A stretch of DNA of 16,302 nucleotides from Pseudothermotoga sp. (GTDB taxonomy: Bacteria > Thermotogota > Thermotogae > Thermotogales > DSM-5069): positions 1 through 16,302 of the forward strand of contig JBEPZZ010000036.1 of NCBI GenBank assembly GCA_041640575.1, given 5' to 3'. A model generated the notes under the pieces. It ran no database searches and was not told the origin of the DNA. It saw only the letters and a list, made by a program, of their open reading frames with translations. The translations under genes and the position numbers were made by a program. This document shows, piece by piece, positions 1-7,169 of the stretch; positions within the stretch are counted from its first letter, which is position 1; the number at the start of each line of letters is the position of its first letter.

Positions 1-1
1 T

Positions 2-634
2 TCAAAAGTCTTTTCCATCTTTGTGTTCCCACAATCCAAGTTGATAGAATCACTTATTACTCTAATTGGTGTTGCGCTAGCTTCCGTGAACGTTGTTTGC
101 TTTATGACTGATGACTTGAACAAACAGATTCTTGAAGTTGCCACCTGTGATTCACTAACTGGTTTGATGAACCGACATTCCTTTTTTCATACTGCCCGTA
201 AGGTCTTGAAGGATCTGGGTAAGAAAAACTTGACCGCAGCATTAATATATCTAGATCTAAACAAATTCAAATTAATCAACGATGAACATGGCCACCAGAT
301 GGGAGATAAAGTTCTGCAAATAATTGGAACTAGATTCAAAGGTGTAGTGAAGCAATCTGATCTTGTTGGAAGACTAGGTGGAGATGAGTTTGCCATACTA
401 GTTCAAAATGTGACTAGGGAACAAGCAAGTCAGGTTGTTCAAAGACTTTTAAACTCAATCTCTTCGCCAATAATTGTTGACAACCTTGTTTTTAAAGTCA
501 CACTAAGTGCAGGTATAGCGATGTTTCCTGAGAATGGCACAAGCTTAGATGAACTTTTGTATAAGGCTGATAAAGAAATGTACGCGGCAAAACAAAGCCT
601 CTCCGTCGAGAATCTTCTACCGGAAAATGATTGA
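2..634 (+). CDS. Diguanylate cyclase (GGDEF domain), membrane-anchored, 5'-truncated by window edge
   Basis: Motifs DSLTGLMNR, YLDLNKFKLINDEHGHQMGD, GRLGGDEF, SAGIA, ADKEMY. A hydrophobic segment precedes the domain. The frame is open from position 2, so the GTG at 23 is probably internal. Confidence 0.93.
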   Translation, partial: SKVFSIFVFPQSKLIESLITLIGVALASVNVVCFMTDDLNKQILEVATCDSLTGLMNRHSFFHTARKVLKDLGKKNLTAALIYLDLNKFKLINDEHGHQMGDKVLQIIGTRFKGVVKQSDLVGRLGGDEFAILVQNVTREQASQVVQRLLNSISSPIIVDNLVFKVTLSAGIAMFPENGTSLDELLYKADKEMYAAKQSLSVENLLPEND

Positions 635-1097
635 ATCTTTCGCTTTTATCCAACATTTGGCATGTATTTTGAAAGGACTGTTGATGCTATACTACTTGCT
701 TGAAGGTCACAGTACTAATGAACTATTACCCTAGCTTTCTGGAGTAACAAATCTATCCAATTCTGTACAGTACAGCGCGTTTATCTGGCAAATCTTCGGA
801 AAAAGTGTTTTTGAAAATGCCTATGTTCAAAACTCTTTTTTGTAAACTAGATATGCACTAACTCATTTTGCGTAATTTTTCCTGCATCCGAAGGTTGCTA
901 CAAACAATACTTTTAACGCCGTAAGAACCAAATAAACAATTTCAGTCAGATTTTCGACCTGCCTTTAACGCATAACACTATCTTTTAGCCCTTCGGGCCA
1001 GGCGTAAACATTTGCCACCCAACAAAATTACTACTTTTGTATTTAGCTTGGCAATTTAAGGAAAATCAGTAATATTGTGGACTTATACAATCAATTT
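635..1097 (+). repeat. Copy A of diverged ~450-nt non-coding element (probably 5'-truncated)
   Basis: Colinear blocks shared with 1950-2357: CTTGAAGgTCAcAG (699 vs 2015), GTTTTTGAAA(A)TGC (807 vs 2120), CTGcAtCCG (882 vs 2176), TTGC(CT)TACAAA (895 vs 2192), GCCGT (918 vs 2217), CCTGCCTTT (958 vs 2251), GACTTATnnAA(C)TCAATTT (1080 vs 2339). Confidence 0.7.
800..841. terminator. Possible bidirectional terminator hairpin between convergent GGDEF and hemerythrin genes
   Basis: AAAAAGTGTTTTTGAA (800-815) / TTCAAAACTCTTTTT (826-840) near-perfect inverted repeat with A-run and T-run ends. The stem is AT-rich. Confidence 0.35.
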
Positions 1098-1136
1098 AGC
1101 ACCTTAAAATTGTGAAAGACGAATCTTAATTGTTTT

Positions 1137-1547
1137 CTATGTATTTAACTTCGATTTCAAGAACGCTCCTAGTTTTTTGTCTGTCATGAGTATATGGTTT
1201 TTCAACCAGTCAACCACAAGTCTGTTTGTTTTCATGACTGCTGAAAGGCCTTGTTCCTTTTCGAGCTCTTGCCTGAATTTTTTATAAGTTTCTACAAAAT
1301 CGTCATGTTCTTTTTTATGTGCAGCAAAATCAGGATAAGAGTACTTACTCATGTATTGTTCTTCAGTTGAAAAGTGAAAGACAACGTAATTACCAAGAAA
1401 GTCTAGGACCTCCTTCACAACTTTTTGACCTTCACCGCGCGAGCAAGCCTCTAGCAATCTGTTCACTTTGTTAAATAGTTCTTTGTGCTGCTCATCAATC
1501 GCGGATACACCTACCGAATACTGATCGCGCCATTCGATCTGTGCCAT
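1137..1547 (-). CDS. Single-domain bacteriohemerythrin (di-iron O2-binding protein)
   Basis: WRDQYSVGVSAIDEQHKELF, HFSTEEQYM, HKKEH, WLKNHILMTD: all hemerythrin H/E/D iron ligands present. RBS GGAGGTG upstream. Confidence 0.95.
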   Translation of the reverse strand: MAQIEWRDQYSVGVSAIDEQHKELFNKVNRLLEACSRGEGQKVVKEVLDFLGNYVVFHFSTEEQYMSKYSYPDFAAHKKEHDDFVETYKKFRQELEKEQGLSAVMKTNRLVVDWLKNHILMTDKKLGAFLKSKLNT

Positions 1548-1867
1548 TTTTTCACCTCCAAGAATGAATTTTGTATTAGCCTCACACTCACAAACTCAAA
1601 AACCTTAAGCTAGGTGCAGCAATGTATTCTCAAGAAAGTCTGCATGTTTATTGTGAAATGCTGAAGATACTTTTTCTGACCAAAATTGACACCCTTAAAT
1701 TTATCCTACCAAATAGAGTAGTTCCTTGCAATAAGTCATTTCAAATTGAGACACTGGTGTAATGTAAAGGTATAAAAAGTACATCAGCGGATTTAGTAAT
1801 GACCGTTCGCTTAAGATGAGAAAACTTTCCCTTGTAACCAAAGGCTTCCTCAAATGTCAGGCTAAAC

Positions 1868-1897
1868 TTGCTTAGAATGGACAACTGTGGTTATAGT
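1868..1897 (+). promoter_or_regulatory. Putative sigma70 promoter directly upstream of non-coding element copy B
   Basis: TTGCTT (1868-1873), 18 nt, TATAGT (1892-1897). No ORF follows for ~580 nt. A TATGCT lies at the equivalent position of copy C (minus strand, 4332-4337). Confidence 0.45.
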
Positions 1898-1903
1898 TAA
1901 GCT

Positions 1904-2357
1904 AGATCTTACAATTAAGAGGTTGGATTAAATTTCGTGATCTAGCCAATTGAAGTTTTTTACGATATTCTGTTATTTATCTCTTGCCCAGTGTAAGTCG
2001 CATTTACTGGTATTCTTGAAGTTCAAAGAATACTTTGACGTACGCCTGTCAAGTTTTTCGAAAGCCTCCATCTTTGACTAAGGAATCGACCCCTAGATTC
2101 CTCACTATTCAGAGACCAGGTTTTTGAAATGCATCTGCCATGAGTTATCTGCCTCTCATGTTTTTGGCGGATGTTCTGAACCCGTTCGAACTTGCCTTAC
2201 AAAATGATTATCTTCTGCCGTCCTAAAACCTCAACTTTTAAACCTTATTGCCTGCCTTTTGCCTGATCAATTTAGATTGACATAATCGCCGATCGGTTGC
2301 ATTATTTTTTCTCGCTTTGTGTAATTTCAGAATGACACGACTTATCTAACTCAATTT
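1904..2357 (+). ncRNA. Copy B of non-coding element; candidate structured ncRNA (chain of hairpins)
   Basis: Consecutive hairpins at 1907-1920, 1921-1947, 1988-2010, 2011-2032, 2035-2052, 2081-2102, 2108-2128 and 2131-2174, several needing G-U pairs on the + strand. Homologous to copies A and C. Upstream promoter motif. Confidence 0.55.
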
Positions 2358-2421
2358 CTTCCTGTTTCGATGCCCAATAAAGTTTTCTACCTTTATGATT
2401 CAGTTCTTGAAAGCTTGATCG

Positions 2422-2451
2422 TTTACATCCACTACAAAATATTGATATAGT
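2422..2451 (+). promoter_or_regulatory. Putative sigma70 promoter of EAL gene
   Basis: TTTACA (2422-2427), 18 nt, TATAGT (2446-2451) with extended TGn; followed by RBS GAGGGGTG. Confidence 0.55.
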
Positions 2452-2476
2452 ATTTAACTAGAGGGGTGAAAATATT

Positions 2477-3529
2477 ATGCCGTGCAAACTATGCGGTACA
2501 ACACCCGATTTTCCGAGAGGCTTAAAGAAAATTTATCTTTTCGCATCTCATGAATACATCGTGCAAAAATTCTTTGATTTTTTCAGAGACGAAATGCAGA
2601 TTACACCTGAGGATGATTGCTTGATCTTTGAAACAAATTTTGAGGATCTTATAGCCAAAGCAGAGTCAAAACCTTTCACAGATGTTGAGTTTAATAACAT
2701 TTTTTTAATAGTGGTTGAACCAGGTGAAGAAATCACACTCTCCCATGTCTCTAGAAACAGGAACCTTGCTTATTACATCGCGCTTCACAATTCTGGTGAT
2801 CTAAAGTGGATCCTCGACAATGAATCCATATTGATATATTTCCAACCAGTGATTGAATGCAAAACTCTGAATGTATATGGATACGAATGCCTTGCACGAG
2901 GCATAAAACCCGATAAAACGATAATGCCACCTAAACAGATGTTTGAACTGGCTAGAAAAACTGGCATGCTTTTCAACCTCGATAGGCAGTGTAGAATACA
3001 AGCTATCAAACAAGCAAAACTGAGAGGTGTAAAACACAATATCTTCATAAATTTTACACCCACGTCGATATATAACCCAGAATTTTGCCTCAGAGAAACT
3101 GTCACAACCGCACAAGAACTTGGTTTTGAGAACACTAAAATCACATTTGAGGTAGTTGAGAGCGATAGAGTTTCGGACATTAATCACATTAAGCACATAT
3201 TTGATTATTATAGGAAAAAAGGCTACAAAGTGGCTCTTGATGATGTTGGTTCTGGTTATTCAACTCTCAACATGCTTGCAGAGTTACGACCCGATCTGGT
3301 TAAAATCGACATGACCCTGGTCAGAAATATCGACAAAGATAACCTCAGACGGCTTATCGTGAAATCACTTGTGGAAGCTACAAGAGAGATTGGAGCAAAA
3401 AGTTTAGCTGAAGGAATAGAAACATTCGCTGAATTTGAAACGATAAAAGAACTAGGTGTTGATCTTGCCCAGGGTTATCTTTTTGGAAAACCTTCAGTAG
3501 AACCTGTCGAGTTTGTTGAGTTAGTATGA
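2477..3529 (+). CDS. EAL-domain c-di-GMP phosphodiesterase with uncharacterised N-terminal region (CxxC)
   Basis: YFQPV, YECLARG (ExL), FINF, FEVVES, DDVGSGYS, VKID, AEGIE, QGYL: catalytic residues intact. RBS upstream. Confidence 0.95.
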   Translation: MPCKLCGTTPDFPRGLKKIYLFASHEYIVQKFFDFFRDEMQITPEDDCLIFETNFEDLIAKAESKPFTDVEFNNIFLIVVEPGEEITLSHVSRNRNLAYYIALHNSGDLKWILDNESILIYFQPVIECKTLNVYGYECLARGIKPDKTIMPPKQMFELARKTGMLFNLDRQCRIQAIKQAKLRGVKHNIFINFTPTSIYNPEFCLRETVTTAQELGFENTKITFEVVESDRVSDINHIKHIFDYYRKKGYKVALDDVGSGYSTLNMLAELRPDLVKIDMTLVRNIDKDNLRRLIVKSLVEATREIGAKSLAEGIETFAEFETIKELGVDLAQGYLFGKPSVEPVEFVELV

Positions 3530-3870
3530 GTCATCGTATACGCCTTTAAATATCACAACCTATAGCTTAGAAACAAAAGTTAAACCAACTAAAAATAAAC
3601 CGTTCAAAACGTGAAAAATTGTCAAATTCTAATTTCTTAGAACCGGCCAACCGTTAAAGCCACTATGCTGATGTCAAACTAAATCTGTTTACCTAAGCAT
3701 GCTCAAGGTATTCGAAAAGTCAAACGACGTTTAAACAAACAAGGATAAAGTTGACAAATCGATTGTGATTTCGGAGACGTTAGGTAACATGCAGGTGCTG
3801 ATGAGCCTATGACAGCCAGCAGATTAACCGGATAGATTTATCCATTTATGAACCTTTGGAGAGGGGAACA

Positions 3871-4316
3871 GAAATCAATGACATCTGGATAATGCTTCAG
3901 TACATTTGTAGTGTCACACTGAGAAGAAGAAAAAATAACTCGTACAAAGTGTCTAATCAGGCATGATTTGAATCTGCTATAGTCCCAAAAATAAGGTTCG
4001 GTACGAACAAAACGTGGATAGTTTTATTTAAATTTAAAAAATATGAGTCCTGGCAGATTGTCACAACCATATAGTTACAAAGCAAATCTTTTATCATTAT
4101 GTTCTTCAACAGGCATGATCTATGTTTAAAAAAATCATCTTAAACAGCTCTAAACTTTTTTCGTGTTTCTAAGCTTTGGTCAAAAGAAGGAGGAGAATGA
4201 AGAGAAATTCTACAAAATTATGAAAATTGCTTCTGGAAACTGGTGATTCGTGATTTCTGGAACCAGACAGTCAAGGTGTTATTCACACTTAAAACCCACG
4301 AATTTTACATCCTTCC
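3871..4316 (-). repeat. Copy C of non-coding element (inverted relative to A and B)
   Basis: Plus-strand blocks match the reverse complement of copy B on one anti-diagonal: GTGTCAnnCTGA (3911 vs 2338), AGAAAAAATAA (3928 vs 2312), ATCAGGCA (3956 vs 2267), AATAAGGTT (3990 vs 2249), TTrGTCAAA(A)GAwGGAGG (4176 vs 2081), CACGAAwTTTA(C)ATCC (4297 vs 1939). Coordinate sums are all 6223-6257. Confidence 0.7.
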
Positions 4317-4485
4317 AATTTACCTTGGTTGAGCATAAACCAATTAGCACTCATAACGATCAGCCAACTTGCTGAAATAATAATGGTGATTATTCTTGTA
4401 CAATACGTATGGTATTCTTTCACTGTATGAGCATGAATTTGAATGAAACACGAAGCTGAACTAGCACATGAAAAGAGGTGATAAT

Positions 4486-5130
4486 GTGTTCGAACAAGAA
4501 AGGATGTCCATCGTTGAGTATGGAAAGAAGCTTTTGCAATCCAACCATGTTACAGGTAGTGCAGGCAATTTAAGCTTACGAGTTTCAGATAACCTTATCG
4601 CAATAAGCCCAAGCGGGATACCGTACGCTGAAATGACTCAAGATCAAGTACCTATAATGAATTTAGATGGAAAGGTAATTTGGGGAAACTTTAAACCATC
4701 GGTTGAATATAGACTGCATCTAGAGGTATACAAGAACTTCGAAGATGTGAAAGCCATAATTCACACTCATTCCATCTATGCCAGCGTTCTTTCAGTTTTA
4801 AGAATGCCTTTGATGGCGGTTACTGAAACGGTGTTGATGATTTCAGAACAAATACCGGTCAGTGAATATGCCAATGCAGGAACAATTGAACTTGCCAGAA
4901 ATGTCGTTGAGGCAATGAAAAAAAGTAGAGCTGTAATAATGGCAAACCATGGTCTGATCTGTGCAGCTAGCTCTCTGAAAGAAGCCCTCAACATGTGTGA
5001 AAATGTCGAAAGAAACGCCCAGATATATGTACTGGCATTGATGACAAATTTGCCCGTTCACATCATTGATTCTTCCCATGCAAAGGAAGCCATGGAATTT
5101 TTGAGGAAAAACTATGGCCAGCGTGGATAG
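4486..5130 (+). CDS. Class II aldolase/adducin family protein (L-fuculose-1-phosphate aldolase-like)
   Basis: GNLS, SPSG, PSVE, HTHS, NHG Zn-binding motifs. GTG at 4486 preferred over ATG at 4468 because RBS GAGGTG (4475-4480) lies between them. Substrate not determinable. Confidence 0.9.
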   Translation: MFEQERMSIVEYGKKLLQSNHVTGSAGNLSLRVSDNLIAISPSGIPYAEMTQDQVPIMNLDGKVIWGNFKPSVEYRLHLEVYKNFEDVKAIIHTHSIYASVLSVLRMPLMAVTETVLMISEQIPVSEYANAGTIELARNVVEAMKKSRAVIMANHGLICAASSLKEALNMCENVERNAQIYVLALMTNLPVHIIDSSHAKEAMEFLRKNYGQRG

Positions 5131-5969
5131 AGCTCGAATTCATCAAGTAACTCGTCGTATCTTGAAATAACTTGTGCCTTCAAATATTCCCCTAGTTCAA
5201 GTAGTACAAAATGGTACCTCATCAAAGCTAGGACTGTGCCTTCAATCTCTTTAACACTATATAGTGGTGAACCACCACCACCTGTGACAATGTAGGTTAT
5301 CCCGTCTTTCACTATTCTTTGATAGTTGTGGTCATGACCACTGAAGACAGCTAGAACATTCATTTTCTTGAAAGTCTCATGCAAAGTCTGCAATCGCTTT
5401 ACGGTAGATGTTTCACCGTGCGGGCCACCACTAAACAAAGGATAATGCATAAAAACAACTGTTCTTTTACCCTGATAGCTGAGTGATTCCAAGAATCTAG
5501 TTAGTCGATCAACACCAATATCTGGATCAAGGAAAACAAGCAGCCAGCCATCGATTTCAGCCCAATAGTTGTAAAGACCGTTCTGGCCAAAATACTTTTT
5601 GTAGTAAACATCTGGTTTTTCGTGGTTTCCCTTGATTGGTTGAAAGTAGCTATATTCAAGTAGAGGAGATATGATTTCAAAGAATGTTTCCCAGTCTGCA
5701 TAGTTATCACCTGTATTGACCATATCACCAAGATGAACGACAACATGAGGTTTTCTTTGGTCTATAAGCTTGACAATCTGCCGATGAATCGAATCACCGT
5801 ATCTGGAATCACCGTAAACAGCAACACGTACAGGCAGGGTTAATGGTTGTAAATCAGTTCTTGTCCCCACGAAGCTATTTTTATACAAAGCTGCAAATGG
5901 TCGTATGGAAAAGGCAACACAGGAAAGCAAGAGAAAAAGCAGAATTGTTAGTTTTTTCATTCTTCTCAC
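5112..5969 (-). CDS. Secreted calcineurin-like metallophosphoesterase (purple acid phosphatase-like)
   Basis: GDSR, GDMV, GNHE, HYP, SGHDH motifs. Signal peptide MKKLTILLFLLLSCVAFS (alternative start ATG 5960). Abuts the proC stop. Overlaps the convergent aldolase by 19 nt. Confidence 0.9.
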   Translation of the reverse strand: MRRMKKLTILLFLLLSCVAFSIRPFAALYKNSFVGTRTDLQPLTLPVRVAVYGDSRYGDSIHRQIVKLIDQRKPHVVVHLGDMVNTGDNYADWETFFEIISPLLEYSYFQPIKGNHEKPDVYYKKYFGQNGLYNYWAEIDGWLLVFLDPDIGVDRLTRFLESLSYQGKRTVVFMHYPLFSGGPHGETSTVKRLQTLHETFKKMNVLAVFSGHDHNYQRIVKDGITYIVTGGGGSPLYSVKEIEGTVLALMRYHFVLLELGEYLKAQVISRYDELLDEFELYPRWP

Positions 5970-6770
5970 TCATTCCTTCTGAAATTCTCTTTGAAGTTCA
6001 AGGGCACGCATGTATGTATCATGAATAGTTTTCATCAAAGCACCCCTTACACCTTCTCTTTCCATTCTATATATCCCTTCAATGGTTGTTCCAGCTGGCG
6101 AAGTCACAACATGTCTGAATTCACCAGGATGATTTCCCAGCTGTAACAAAAGATCTGCCGAACCCTTTATTGTCTCCAACACCATCCTTCTGGAAAGCTC
6201 GTATGAGAGCCCCATTCTTATGCCAGCATCGATCAAGGCATCAACTATTACGAATATGAAAGCTGGTGCACTACCACTTAAGGCTGTTACGGCCGGTAGA
6301 AGATCTTCTTTCACCTCGAAAAGTTTTCCAAGTGCTTTGAGAAGCTTTTCGACTTTTTGCCAGTCTTCATCGCTCAGCTTATTAGATTTTGCAAAACCTA
6401 TAACTCCTTTTCCTATCATCGATGGTATATTTGGCATTATTCTGACGACTTTTTCACTTTTTATTGCTTCGGAAATTCTTTTTATCGTTATTCCCGTCAT
6501 TGTACTAATAACTATCTTCTCTGGAATTTCTCCAAGTTCTTCGAACAATTTTTGGCTATCCTGTGGTTTTACACACAAAAAGATCACATCACAAGATTCC
6601 AGAATTTCACTAGTTGTAGATACCTGATAACCATCGTATACGAATTGTTCCAATCTTTCCCGGGAACGATTTGAAAGTAGTAATTGCGTCTTTGCTAACG
6701 TACCAGTTTCAACAAGTCTTCTGGCAATTATACTACCTATGTTTCCGACCCCGACAATTCCACACAACAT
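5970..6770 (-). CDS. proC: Pyrroline-5-carboxylate reductase
   Basis: GVGNIG Rossmann motif, VKPQ, RIMPN, ALSGSAPAF, VTSPAGTT. RBS GGGAGG. Confidence 0.95.
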   Translation of the reverse strand: MLCGIVGVGNIGSIIARRLVETGTLAKTQLLLSNRSRERLEQFVYDGYQVSTTSEILESCDVIFLCVKPQDSQKLFEELGEIPEKIVISTMTGITIKRISEAIKSEKVVRIMPNIPSMIGKGVIGFAKSNKLSDEDWQKVEKLLKALGKLFEVKEDLLPAVTALSGSAPAFIFVIVDALIDAGIRMGLSYELSRRMVLETIKGSADLLLQLGNHPGEFRHVVTSPAGTTIEGIYRMEREGVRGALMKTIHDTYMRALELQREFQKE

Positions 6771-6980
6771 AGGCTACCCTCCCAACTATTACTATGGTTA
6801 GTTATCGAAAATTATAAACCAAATTACCTCAATTTCTCCAATTTTTCCCGGGGTATCTTTGTTACGCTCTTTATTACTGGTTTTTATGCGAAATTTCAGT
6901 CATAAACATCGAGTAACAACACGCGAAAGATAAAGTTAAAACTCTTGAAACTTTCACGATTTTATGTAATTCTTTATATA

Positions 6981-7057
6981 GAAAGAACTAGGGCAACCAG
7001 CAACCTCTTCACAATAGATAACACCTCCTCGCGATCGGGGCACATGCCCCGTTTTTT
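6981..7057 (+). ncRNA. Candidate ~80-nt sRNA carrying anti-Shine-Dalgarno sequence (5' end uncertain)
   Basis: C/A-rich stretch with CACCTCCTC (7022-7030), immediately followed by an intrinsic terminator that has no upstream + strand gene within 1.9 kb. Confidence 0.45.
7036..7057 (+). terminator. Rho-independent terminator
   Basis: CGGGGC-ACAT-GCCCCG stem-loop followed by TTTTTT. Confidence 0.85.
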
Positions 7058-7169
7058 ACTATTTAAAAAATCAACTTAAAGAATCAAGAAAAAATTTGTG
7101 AAGCGAACTTCTTTGAAAGTGAATTGTGCTAACCTATTCCTGTGTGACCTTTGCCAGTTGGAGGCGATA

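Noticed and set aside
787..825. GGCAAA..GAAA resembling the 5' half of a c-di-GMP-I riboswitch
   Set aside because: No GACGCAAA or P3; better explained by the conserved hairpin of copy A.
1137..1547. Hemerythrin as a second encapsulin cargo
   Set aside because: No LTVGSL-like targeting peptide at either terminus, and about 9 kb from the shell gene.
2277..2305. TTGACA-17-CATTAT promoter-like motif
   Set aside because: Plausible but has a weak -10, lies inside element copy B, and a better promoter sits next to the EAL RBS. Not called.
3798..3830. CTGATGAG hammerhead ribozyme core
   Set aside because: No stem II followed by GAAA and no matching cleavage-site arms.
4197..4246. Two coupled 8-codon mini-ORFs (MKRNSTKL, MKIASGNW) after AAGGAGG
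   Set aside because: Short RBS spacing, no telling composition, and the GGAGG belongs to a block of the repeated element whose copy B lacks an equivalent ORF.
3740..4270. GGA motifs suggesting a CsrB-like RNA
   Set aside because: Only about two-fold above expectation, few in hairpin loops, and no ANGGA consensus.
635..4467. CRISPR array or integron attC cassette array
   Set aside because: No regularly spaced identical repeats, no properly paired RYYYAAC/GTTRRRY boxes after gene ends, and no cas or integrase gene in the window.
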